64,000 nt of DNA, taken from Malacoraja senta (Eukaryota). A program made the position numbers and the translations under genes. Of the stretch, positions 36,291 to 48,053 are shown piece by piece. The DNA lies in assembly GCA_038087875.1 (NCBI GenBank), contig CM075999.1, forward strand, positions 2,606,001 to 2,670,000. Direction: 5' to 3'. Each line of letters starts with the position of its first letter. Within the stretch, counting starts at the first letter, position 1. The notes under the pieces were generated by a model that was not told the DNA's origin, searched no databases, and was given only the letters and a program-made list of their open reading frames with translations.

Positions 36291-37691
36291 TCTGGCCGAC
36301 AGCTTTTACCTTTGCTACTTTGAGATAGAGATTTGGCTACAGAGCACTTTGAAGAAACATGAAACATAAGAAATGCATCTCCATATTTCCAAAACATCGA
36401 ACATGATAACCTGTGAACAGGGAATTTCTTTGCACCCTGGTGTATATGACGTTAAACTAATCTGAATCTGATGGACATTAGCAGATGTGGAAACAAAGAA
36501 CTGCAGATGCTGGTCTAACCCAAAGATAGGCGCAAAGTGCTAGAGTAACACAGCGAGGCAGGCAGCATCTGTGGAGAAATGGTTGGATGACGATTCAGGG
36601 CGGGACGCTGCTCCAGTCTGTTTATATAAAGGTCCAGTGAGGGTCGAAGGCCATCAGGGGGAGTCCAAGAGGAGGAGGAATGTTGGAGATGGGAGAAGGG
36701 GGCCATTGGTGGGCGGTGAGGACGAGGGTGCAGAGGCGATGGAAGAAACATAGAAACATAGAAAATAGGTGCAGGAGGAGGCCATTCGGCCCTTTGAGCC
36801 AGCACCGCCATTCATTGTGATCATGGCTGATCGTCCCCAATCAATAACCCGTGCCTGCCTTCTCCCCATATCCCTTGATTCCACTAGCCCCTAGAGCTCT
36901 ATCTAACTCTCTCTTAAATCCATCCAGTGACTTGGCCTCCGCTGCCCTCTGTGGCAGGGAATTCCACAAATTCACAACTCTCTGGGTGAAAAGTTTTTTT
37001 TCTCACCTCAGTCTTAAATGGCCTCCCCCTTTATTCTAAGACTGTGTGGCCCCTGGTTCTGAAGAGCCCTACATCGGGGTGGGCAGGGCACTCGCTGAGG
37101 TGGGGCAGAGAGGCAGAAAGACTGGGCCTCCAGAGGACTGACCATTCTACACCTGAAAGAGGGAGGTCAGGGGAGATGGAAAAACCAGTCTGAATAAGGG
37201 TCCCGACCCGAAACAAGGGTCTCCCAACCACATTCTCCAGAGATGCTGCCTGACCCGCTGAGTACTCCAGCACTTTGTGTCCACCTATCACTCAGTTTAG
37301 TTTAAGGTCATGTGCACTGAGGTACAGTGAAAATACTTTTGTTGCACGCTAACCAGTCAGCGGAAGGACTATACATAATTACAGTCGAGCCGCCCACAGC
37401 GTGCAGATGCAAGATAAAAGGAATAACGTTTAGTGGAAGATAGAGTCCAGGAAAGTCTGATTAATGATAATCTGAGGGTCTCCAATGAGGTAGATATTAC
37501 CGCTCTCAGGACCACTCTCTTGTTGTTCGATGGTTCAGCTGGGAACATTTGTCAGGTGTTGTCCCACTCCCACCTCTCTTTATTCCAGCGTTCACCCCCT
37601 GTATTCAGGGACAGTTTCTTCCCAGCTGTTATCAGGCAACTGAACCATCCTACCAACAACCAGAGAGCGGGCCTGACCTACAATCGGACTA

Positions 37692-37939
37692 GGTAGACAA
37701 AAGTGCTGGAGAAACTCAGCGGGTGCAGCAGCATCTATGGAGCGAAGGAAATAGGCAACGCTTCGGGCCGAAACCCTTCAGGAAGGAAATAGGTAACGTT
37801 TCGGGGCCGAAACCCTGAAGGGTTTCGGCCCCGAAACGTTGCCTATTTCCTTTGCTCCATAGATGCTGCTGCACCCGCTGAGTTTCTCCAGCACTTTTGT
37901 CTACCTTTGATTTTCCAGCATCTGCAGTTCCTTCTTAAA
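37692..37939. mobile_element. Fold-back PLE terminal element
   Basis: Inverted pLTR halves; 14-bp TSD CTACAATCGGACTA (37678-37691, 37940-37953). Confidence 0.9.
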
Positions 37940-38107
37940 CTACAATCGGACTATCTTTGATCGGACTTTACTGGCTTTACCTTGCACTAAATGTTATTCC
38001 TTTATCATGTATCTGTACACTGTGGACGGCTCGATTGTAATCATGTATTGTCTTTCCACTGGCTGGTTAGCACACAAAAGCTTCTCACTGTACCTCGGTA
38101 CATGTGA

Positions 38108-38615
38108 AAAGGATGAGAGGGAATCTCATTGAAACATATAAGATTAGAAACATAGAAACATAGAAAATAGGTGCAGGAGTAGGCCATTCGGCCCTTCGAG
38201 CCTGCACCGCCATTCAATATGATTATGGCTGATCATCCAACTCAGTTGTTAAGGGTTTGGACACGCTAGAGGCAGGAAACATGTTCCCAATGTTGGGGGA
38301 GTCCAGAACCAGGGGCCACAGTTTAAGAATAGGGGGTAAGCCATTTAGAACGGAGACGAGGAAACACTTTTTCTCACAGAGAGTGGTGAGTCTGTGGAAT
38401 TCTCTGCCTCGGAGGGCGGTGGAGGCAGGTTCTCTGGATGCTTTCAAGAGAGAGCTAGATAGGGCTCTTAAAAATAGCGGAGTCAGGGGATATTGGGGAG
38501 AAGGCAGGAACGGGGTACTGATTGGGATGATCAGCCATGATCACATTGAATGGCGGTGCTGGCTCGAAGGGCCGAATGGCCTACTCCTGCACCTATTGTC
38601 TATTGTCTATTGTCT
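38108..38615 (+). mobile_element. CR1 3' fragment with antisense CR1 tail insert (~38145-38245)
   Basis: ESRTRGHSLRI..QRVVSLWNSLP; (CTATTGT)n tail. Confidence 0.85.
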
Positions 38616-40679
38616 ACATGTGACAATAAACTAAACCGAACTGCATACTCCAATCAGTCTGAAGAAGGGCCTTGACCGAAACGTTGCCTATCCATCTTCC
38701 TCCACAGATGCTGCCTGGCTCGCTGAGTTACACCAGCACTTTGTGTTCTGCCAATGATTGGTGTCGGTGTTGGCTCTAAGCTGTTCATCGATTAGCTACA
38801 AACAGGGCAACAAGCAATGCAGGAATGATTGCCGTCTTCAAAGTTTAGACAAGTGAATAACACCAAAAATCTAATTCTGCATTTCCGCAGCCATCTGTCA
38901 GCCACACAAGTCGGAATTAGAACAAATACCCTCTTTGTCGGAACACTACAATCACCAGGAATCCATTAGTTGTTCTGTACAGCAACACACTGGAAAAAAA
39001 TCATTAAATGCCTGTTTACTGACTGACACACAGAAATAAAGGTCATTAACTATCCTGAGCTGATTGGGATTGGGAAAACCCCCTCGCAAAATCAGTCATT
39101 TTTGTCAGCATGCTTCGACTAATGAGTTATTTTGAGCTCCTGTTCTTTCTGATCCCACCACTCCCCTCCCAAAGCAGTGATCATAAGTGATAGGAGAAGA
39201 ATTAGGCCATTCGGCCCATCAAGTCTACTCCACCATTCAATCATGGCTGATCTAAGATAGACACAAAAGGCTAGAGTAACCCAGCGGGACAGGCAGCATC
39301 TTTGGAGAGAAGGAATGGGTGATGTTTCGGGTCGAGACCCTTCTTCAGTCTATCTGTCCCTCTTAACCCCATTCTCCTTGCCTTCTCCCCATAACCCCTG
39401 ACACCCGTACTAATCAAGAATCCATCTATCTGTGCATTAAAATATCCACTGACTTGGCTTCCACAGCCTTCTGTGGCAATGAGTTCCTCAGACTCACCAC
39501 CCTCTGGCTGAAGAAATTCCTCCTCATCTCCTTCATAAAGGATCGACCTTGAATTCTGAGGCCGTGTATTCACAACCTATTGGACTCTGCTTGGCTACTC
39601 GAGACCAATCAGAACTTACTCACCACGTGTTGTTCAGGCAGTCAAAATCCGCAGAATTGTAATTGGATCTGTGCACTGAGAGGAACGTCGTTAGAGAGGT
39701 AGTGAGGGGTAGATGGCTGTCAAGGACAGGGGTCAATGAGTGGAAATAAGAGACAAGAGCAGTAGGAACTGCTAGAAAAATGGTTCCCATGTTGGAGGAG
39801 TCCAGACCCAGGGATCACAGTTTAAGAATAAGGGGTCGGCCATTTAGGACTGAGATGAGTAAAAACTCCTTCACTCAGAGAGTTGTGAATCTGTGGAATT
39901 CTCTGCCACAGAAGGCAGTGGAGGCCAATCGCTGGATGTTTTCAAGAGAAAGTTAGATTTAGCTCTTTGGGCTAACGGAATATGGATATAAGGGATATGG
40001 GGAGAAAGCAGGAATGGGGTACTGATTCTGGATGATCAGCCATGATCATATTGAATGGCGGTGCTGGCTCGAAGGGCCGAATGGCCTATTCCTGCACCTA
40101 TTTTCTATGTTTCTATGTAAATAATTTGAGAAGAATGAGATAGAAGCGTTAATTTAAGAGGACTTTGAAAATGTTGCAATGGAAATGAAAATTATATTTC
40201 TTAATAGTTTTAAGGTGAGGGGAAAGATTTAATAGGAATCTGAGGGGTAACTTTTTTTATACAGAGGGTGGCAGGTATATGGAACGAGCTGCGAGAGGTT
40301 GTAGTTGAGGCAAGGACTATCACAACGTTTAAGAGACATTTGGACAGGTACATGGATAGGATAGGTTTAGAGAGATATGGGTTTATAATGGATAATGTCT
40401 TTTGAATGTGGTTATTGTATTGAATTGAAATGAATACTTTATTTTCAAATGTGACAAGTCACAGTGCAATTCAATGTTTTGCATAGACAAGTTATGCAAA
40501 GAGTTGCTACATCAAGGGCGCCGACGATATTACCTGCCTCAACCACTTCCTCTGGTAACTCCTTCCTCTCAACCACTCCCACTCCATCTCAAACCTGTTG
40601 AGATCCACAGTTCCACTTGTCTATCTATCTTTTCACAATGAATAAATCCAAATTCTCTTCCCCAGATTCAGTCGATTCT

Positions 40680-40749
40680 TTTTGCTCTAAATAATGTTTC
40701 ATTACTAAATTGTTCTAAATTTAGTAATGAAACATTATTTAGAGCAAAA
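40680..40749. repeat. Perfect 32-bp inverted repeat with 6-nt spacer
   Basis: TTTTGCTCTAAATAATGTTTCATTACTAAATT-gttcta-reverse complement. Confidence 0.95.
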
Positions 40750-42029
40750 CCTATCCCGTCTATTAAAACGTGTCCCATAACACTTCCAAATAATTTCCTG
40801 GACTAACGATAGAGAAAAATCGCTAATATTCTTCCTCCTAATCAACACTTTTGTAACCCTGTGTAGATATGAACTGCAGCCAGGGATTAGTAATTATAGT
40901 CCACATCTTAGTTTAGTGCAGTCTAGTTTATTGTCACGTGTACCGAGGTACAGTGAAAAGCTTTTGTTTGCGTGCTAACCAATAGTCAGAAAGGACAAGG
41001 AAGACAAAAGTGCTGGAGAAACTCAGCGGGTGCAGCAGCATCTATGGAGCGAAGGAAATAGGCAATGTTTCGGGCCGAAACCCTTCTTTTGTCTACCTTC
41101 AATTTTCCCCCCGCATCTGCAGTTCCTTCTTAAACAGCAGAAAGACAATACATGATTACAAACAAGCCATTTACAGTGTTTAGATACATGATCTTACACT
41201 GGGTAGTGAAGTGACAATTCCCACTGATGATCTCAAAGCCACCCACCAAAGAGCTGACGGTCTTTAGACTTCAGAGATACAGCACAGAAAGAGGCCCTTC
41301 AGCCCACCGAGTCCGCGCCGACCAGCCATCAACCCGTACGCAGGCACTATCCTACACACACTAGGGACAATTTACAATTTACTGAAGCCAATTAGCCTAC
41401 AAACCTGTACACCTTTGGAGCGTGGGAGGAAACTGGAGCACCCAAAGAAAACCCACACGGTCACGATGAGAACGCACAAACTCCGTATAGGCAGCACCCG
41501 TAGTCAGGATCGAACCCGGGTCTCTGGCGCTGTGAGGCAGCAACTCTACCGCTGCGCCACCATGCTGCCCTGGTGGTGTGGAACTCACGTTCCTGTCTTC
41601 AGCTGTTGCCTGTCATTAGTTGAATGCTCTCCAGACACATGACGTCATCAAACCATCTGTAAAAGCCAAGCGTTCAAACAATGTCAAGGACGGCAAGCAA
41701 GGAAGGAAAACTATAGTATTTCTGTGAGTTTTTAAACCGTTTTACGTTAAGCAAAATAAAGACTGGGTGGGATGACACAATGGCACGACTGCCATAGCCT
41801 CATCCAGCGCGGAAACTACCCGTCAGCCCAACTCGTCCACGCTGACCAAGAAGTTCCATTTGCCGGTGTTTGGCCCATTTTGTTCCAATCCTTTCCTGTC
41901 CACGTACATGTCCAAGTCATGTCCAAGTCATAGTCATTGAGCGTGGAAACAGGCCCTTCTGTCAACTTGCCCATGTTGAACAGCATGCCCCATCTACACT
42001 AGCCCCACCTGCCTGCATTCAGCCCATAT

Positions 42030-42368
42030 CCAGGCCACACATTCATCTCCCCACTACCTTCAGGTAGAAGGTATAGGAAGCCTGAAGACTGCAACGACCA
42101 GGTTCAGGAATAGCTACTTCCCCACAGCCATCAGGCTATTAAACTCGGCACGCACAAAACTCTGAACATTAATAGCCCATTATCTGTTTATTTGTACTTT
42201 ATCAGTTTATTTATTCATGTGTGTATATATTTATATAATGGTATATGGACACACTGATCTGTTCTGTATTCATGCCTACTATGTTCTGTTGTGCTGAAGC
42301 AAAGCAAGAATTTCATTGTCCTATCAGGGACACATGACAATAAACTCTCTTGAACTCTTGAACTCTTG
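42030..42368 (+). mobile_element. Rex1/Babar-like 3' fragment, second subfamily
   Basis: PLPSGRRYR..TTRFRNSYFPTAIRLLN; tail aataaactct(cttgaact)n. Confidence 0.7.
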
Positions 42369-42436
42369 ATATCCTTCCATATCCACAACTGTCTTAGGAC
42401 CTCACTGTCCCAGCCACCCAGCTTCATTACTGTACC

Positions 42437-42530
42437 GTCTGAAGAAGGGTTTCGGCCCGAAACGTTACCTATTTCCTTTGCTCCATAGATGCTGCTGCAC
42501 CCGCTGAGTTTCTCCAGCATTTTTCTGTAC
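42437..42530 (+). mobile_element. 94-bp PLE terminal insertion with hammerhead-like core
   Basis: 15-bp TSD CTTCATTACTGTACC (42422-42436, 42531-42545). Confidence 0.9.
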
Positions 42531-43839
42531 CTTCATTACTGTACCCTCCAGTTCGCCCTGTGTGGAGTTTTCCTGTACTCCCAAGGCTTCCTCCTATTGC
42601 CCAAAGACACATGGATTGGTGGGGTCATTGTCCACTCTAACTCACCCTCACTGTGTAGGTTGACGGTGGAATCTGGGAGACACTGATAGCAACGTGGTAC
42701 AAAATGGCATTCATGTAAGATCTGCTTTAGATCCTGGTCTATCTATTAGAAATAGATAGGGTAAATACACAAAGTCATTTACCCAGAGTCAGGGGAATCA
42801 AGAACCAGAGGTCATAGGTTTAAGGTGAGAGGAGAAGATTTAATAGGAACCTGAGGGGCAAGTTTTTCACACAAAGGGTGGTGGGTGTATGCGATCAGCT
42901 ACTAGAGGGTGTAGTTTGGGCAGGCACAAAACAACAACAACTTTGGGATAGATACATGGATAGGAATGTTTTAGAGGGATATGGGCCAAATGCTGGCAGG
43001 TGGGATTAGTGTACATGGGGCATGTTGGTCGGCATGGGCAAGTTGGGCCAAAGGGCCTGTTTCCATGCTGTACGTCACTATGACTCTAAATGGGTGCTTG
43101 ATGGCTGGTGGGGACTTGATGAACCAAAGGTTCTACATTGCGTGACTGTATGACTCCATATTCAAACAATGACGGTAGAGATGATGGAACTGAAAAACAT
43201 TTTAATGACTTCAAACTCCTTTTTATTTTTGTAACATTTGTGAGACAAAATCATAATCCACATATAAAAATAAAATTAATTTCACAGAACCAAAGATTTT
43301 GCTCAGCAGTAATTATGGCCTAGTGTGTCATTAAATGTAGACTTGGTATGCAGACTTCATACTGGGGATTTTACATTTTAGATTACTGCAGAGATACTGC
43401 AGTGTGGAAACAGGCCCTTCAGCCCACCTAGTCCGCACTGACCAGCGATCCCCGCACATTAACACTATCCTACACTAGGGACCATTTCCTTTATATTTAT
43501 ACCACGCCAGTTAATTTACAAACCCCCGTTTGTTTTTGGAGTGTGGGAGGAAACCGAAGACCTCACAGAAAACCCACGGAGGTCGTGGGGAGACAGCACC
43601 TGTGGTCGGGATTGAACCTGGGCCTCTGGCGCTGTCAGCACTGTAAGGCAGCAACTCTACCGCTGCACCCCCGTGCTGTTTAAAAAGGCCAGGGGAATGG
43701 TGTTTGTGGTCAAAGGATTGGCCATGACCTTGGAGCAATGATAGAAAGGCTCTTGCGGCTAAGAGACCATTTACAGCTCTTGTTTTCATGCTCTTCACTA
43801 TCCAAACTTCCTTTCAATTCGACAGATTTCGCTCAATTA

Positions 43840-44161
43840 TAGCCCTGTCCCACGGTACGAGTTCATTCCAAGAGCTCTCCTGAGTTTAATAAAAATCAAA
43901 CTGGTGGTAAGCACGGAGAATGAACGTAGCGGGTACGTCGGAGCTCGGGGACGTCGCTTAGCGGCTCGTAACGCTAACGGCAGGTACTCGGGAAGACTCG
44001 CTAACGGCAGGTAAGCACGGGAAGACTCGTTGAAAAATGTTGAAAAATGTCCACGAGAGCCCCGAGTACCGACGAGCGGCCATTACCGTAAATCTCCGAG
44101 TTCGAATCAGGGCAAACTCGGGAGAGCTCTTGGAATGAACTCGTACCGTGGGACAGGGCTT
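43840..44161. mobile_element. PIF/Harbinger-type MITE, family A
   Basis: Long TIRs, TTA TSD. Confidence 0.85.
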
Positions 44162-45779
44162 TTACTCCAGCACATTGCGTTTATATTGACGGAACCAGTT
44201 GGGCAAGAACTGGTTTGCGTGGACATTGCAGGCGACCCGCTGCATATTCAGCATAACATTAATGTCGTGCATTGTCAGGGCTTTTAGTGAAAACTATCTT
44301 GATGAATACATGCAAGAAACTGTCACAAGAAGAGTGGATGTGTTAAAAGTTCATCTTGTACCATTGATAAGATGCCACTGATTTTTTTTAAAGCACTGCT
44401 GATCGGTTGAATATCCCTTAATACAGCCAGTTACGTTCTTGATAATAACACGCCAATCCCCAATGAAAGTTAAATTCTCTCCTGCATCCCGAAACTTTGA
44501 TACATCTGATTAAATAAAAATCAGCAATTTGTCCATACTTTTCTGGAAGAGCTGACGAGTTCACGGAACTCTTAAAGAATTCATTCTAAACCTCGAAGCA
44601 GTGTAATCCCAGGCTGAAGACTCGCCAGACGCTCAACGCCTTGGTATTTGTAGATAAGTTTATTTTTTCTTCCGCAAATCTCTCAGTACGTTGCTGGATA
44701 ACCAAAATTATCATAACATTCAGGACGTATCAGCCCTTGTCAGCTGTGTTCTGGGCAGCCTTAATCCCCGAAGCTTTTTTAAAAAAAAAAACTTTCAAAT
44801 GTCTTTCCTTTCATTTTGTATGCACTCATTCCTGCTGAAATAATTACATTAAAATGCCCCGCAGCAGATTCATTGATACTCAGAAATATTTGTGAATCTA
44901 ATTTGTGTAATATATTAACTGAATCTAGTTGTTTTTTTGTGGAATCCTGGATAAAATAAAATAGCAGCTTCAAGATAAATATTTTGTTAGCTTGGCTAGC
45001 TCACTGATTTCATCCCCGATCTTTACTTATAGATCAATGCAAATCAAATTATTTCCTACTGTTGTAGTTCGAAGAACAATCAGCTTGCTTTACATAACTG
45101 CTACTATTCAAAGGTCCAATTTGTTCCTGGGTTTTCTGGGCTGGCCTGAACTAATTAAAATTGATTCTGGCACTATTGATGACCTTTTCTGAGAAGTAGT
45201 CTTATCTTCATTAAGCAAGCCTTATCAGAACCAATTTGAATTGGTTCTGCTCATGGAGGTGGTCCAGTCATTTAACTTGTGTTTTTTAAATTACCAAGGA
45301 GGTTTAAAATAATTGACTTCATTAATTTATCAGTTTAATCCTGTGCCCTTTCCAATTAGAATGCTGGATAGAGTCACAGAGTGAAACAGCGTGGAAACAG
45401 GCCCTTCGGCCCAACTTGCCCATGCCGCCCAACATGTCCCAGCTACACTAGTCCCACCTGAAGAGAGACACAAAAAAGGTGGAGTAACTCAGCGGGCCAG
45501 ACAACATCTCTGGAGAAAAATAGGTGATGTTTCGGGTCAGGACCCTCCTTTCAAACGTATTATTTTTCACCAGAGGTGCAGCCTGGCCCGCAGAGAGACT
45601 CCAGCTTTTTGTGTCTATCAGTGGATATTTTTAAGGCAGAGATAGATAGATTCCTAGTATCCTTTATTGCATAGTCATAGATTCATACTGTCCCTTCGGC
45701 CCAACACATATCCCATCTACACTAGTCCCACCTGCCTGCGTTTGGCCCACATCCCATTAAGCCTGTCCTGGATCTGGAT

Positions 45780-46059
45780 CTGCCTTAAGGCCGCGTGTGG
45801 CCTTCTAGGCCATTAAGTGCGGCCTTTTGAATGAATCCAAACTTTGGAGAACAAAATCCTTTTATTTTTATTCATATGTTTTTGTTCGTCTTTTATTATT
45901 TTTATTTTAATCTTAAAATGAACGTATTTAAAATACCAAAGAGTAAAAGAAGATTCAACAAAATAATCCTCTATCTAATTGAAGTTTCTTGGATGCGGCC
46001 TTATTAGATTGCAGCTAACTTAATGCGGCATTCCAACATGAAAAGGTTCCCCATCCCTG
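45780..46059. mobile_element. hAT-Charlie-like MITE remnant, one end lost
   Basis: tgcggcc subterminal motifs; end aaaaggttccccatccctg followed by ctctag-type target. Confidence 0.55.
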
Positions 46060-46769
46060 CTCTAGGTAGAGCATCACTCAGCACTATGATGGCGGTGGAC
46101 GTGCTAGTCGACATGGAGATGCTTTTGGAGATGCGTCTTTGTGTGTGTTGATGTTTTGGAGATCTCTGATGCTGGCTGGTTGGCTATTCCGATCCCTTGC
46201 TATCTTGAAGAAAAAACAGTTAGAAAGTGCTAATGAGGTGCCGTGCGGAATGAAATAATTTCCAGGTTGGTAGCTTCTGGTTAACTGGATGTGGACATCC
46301 ATCTTTAGATAGATAGATAGATAGATAGCCCTTTATTGTCATTCAGACTGAAGTCTGAACGAAATTGCAACAATCATACATAAAACAACAATAAACACAT
46401 ATTAACATCCACCACAGTGAGTCCACCCAACATCTCCTCACTGTGATGGAGGCAAAAGGTCAATAGTGGCATTCTTGATCTTGTGGAATGTTGTCAGTCT
46501 GATGAACTTGCGATGAGTAGAAGGTGGATGGAGTTTAAGGTCCTAGCCATGTACCTGTCCAAATGTTTCTTGAATGTATCTGCCTCAACTACCTCCTCCA
46601 ACAGCTCATTCCATACACCCACCGCCCTTTCTAGAAAATGTTACCCCTCAGGTACCTATTAAATCCCCCCCCCCCTCCCCCCCATCACCTTAAACCGATG
46701 ACCTCTGATTCACAAGTCCCCTATTCTGGGCCAGTGACTTTGTGCGTTTGTTTACCCGATCTATTCCTT

Positions 46770-47450
46770 TCATGGGGAAGTCCAGAACAAGAGGTCACAG
46801 TTTAAGGATAAGGGGGAAATCTTTTAGGACCGAGATGAGAAAAACATTTTTAACACAGAGAGTGGTGAATCTGTGGAATTCTCTGCCACAGAAGGTAGTT
46901 GAGGCCAGTTCATTGGCTATATTTAAGAGGGAGTTAGATGTGGCCCTTGTGGTTAAAGGGATCAGGGGGTATGGAGAGAAGGCAGGTACAGGATACTGAG
47001 TTGGATGATCAGCCATGATCATATTGAATGGCGGTGCAGGCTCGAAGGGCCGAATGGCCTACTCCTGTACCTATTTTCTATGTTTCTATGTGCACCTCTA
47101 TAAGTTCATAAATTCTGGAAGCAGAATTTGGCCATTCGGCCATCAAATCTACTCCATCATTCAATCATGGCTGATCTACCTTTCCCTCTCCACCCCATTC
47201 TCCCGCCTTCTCCCCATAACCCCCGACACCCGTACTAATCAAGAATCTGTCACTATCCACCTTAAAAATATCCATTGACTTGGCCTCCACAGCCGTCTGT
47301 GGCAATGAATTCCACAGATTCACCACCCTCTGGCTGAAGAAATTCCTCCTCATCTCCTTCCTAAAGGCACGTCTTTTAATTCTGAGGCTGTGCCCTCTGG
47401 TCCTGGACTCTCCTACTAGTGGAGACATCCTCTCCACATCCACTCTATGC
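46770..47450. mobile_element. Tail-to-tail CR1 3' fragments
   Basis: Two ORF2 C-terminal remnants on opposite strands. Confidence 0.85.
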
Positions 47451-47454
47451 AGGC

Positions 47455-47540
47455 CTGCTCATGTCTGGTCTCACTGATGTAAAGGAGGCCACATCGGGAA
47501 CACCGAATGTTATAAACAAGGATGGAGGAGGCACGCGTCA
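47455..47540 (-). mobile_element. PLE GIY-YIG fragment
   Basis: SSILVYNIRCSRCGLLYISETRH. Confidence 0.7.
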
Positions 47541-47768
47541 AAAGTACACTTCTAGAATTACAATTTGATCGCAAGGCCAGCAGCATAATCAAGGACGAGT
47601 CGCACCCCGGCCACTCCCTCTTCTCCCCTCTCCCCATCAGGCAAAAGGTACAGAAGTGTGAAAACGCATACCTCCAGATTCAGGGACAGTTCCTTCCCAG
47701 CTGTTATCAACTGAACCATCCTACCACAACCAGAGAGCGGTCCTGACCTACTATCTACCTCATTGGTG

Positions 47769-48053
47769 TTCAAGAAAGTACTGCAGATGCTGGAAAATCG
47801 AAGGTAGACAAAAATGCTGGAGAAACTCAGCGGGTGAGGCAGCATCTATGGAGCGAAGGAAATAGGCAACGTTTCGGGCTGAAGAATGGTTTCGGCCCAA
47901 AACGTTGCCTAATTCCTTTGCTCCATAGGGTTAGGGTTAGGGTTAGGGTTAGGGTTAGGTCTGAAGAAGGGTTTCGGCCCGAAACGTTGCCTATTTCCTT
48001 TGATCCATAGATGCTGCTGCACCCGCTGTGTTTCTCCAGCATTTTTGTCTATG
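47769..48053. mobile_element. Fold-back PLE element containing an interstitial telomeric repeat
   Basis: 9-bp TSD TCATTGGTG (47760-47768, 48054-48062) inside a Rex/Babar 3'UTR. Confidence 0.9.
47929..47958 (+). repeat. Interstitial telomeric repeat (GGTTAG)5
   Basis: Direct reading. Confidence 0.95.

Noticed and set aside
39624..39680. Minus-strand micro-exon candidate ending in GTGAGT
   Set aside because: Splice-like motifs only; within chance expectation
47929..47958. Chromosome end or fusion site
   Set aside because: Only 30 bp, single orientation, enclosed within a TSD-bounded insertion
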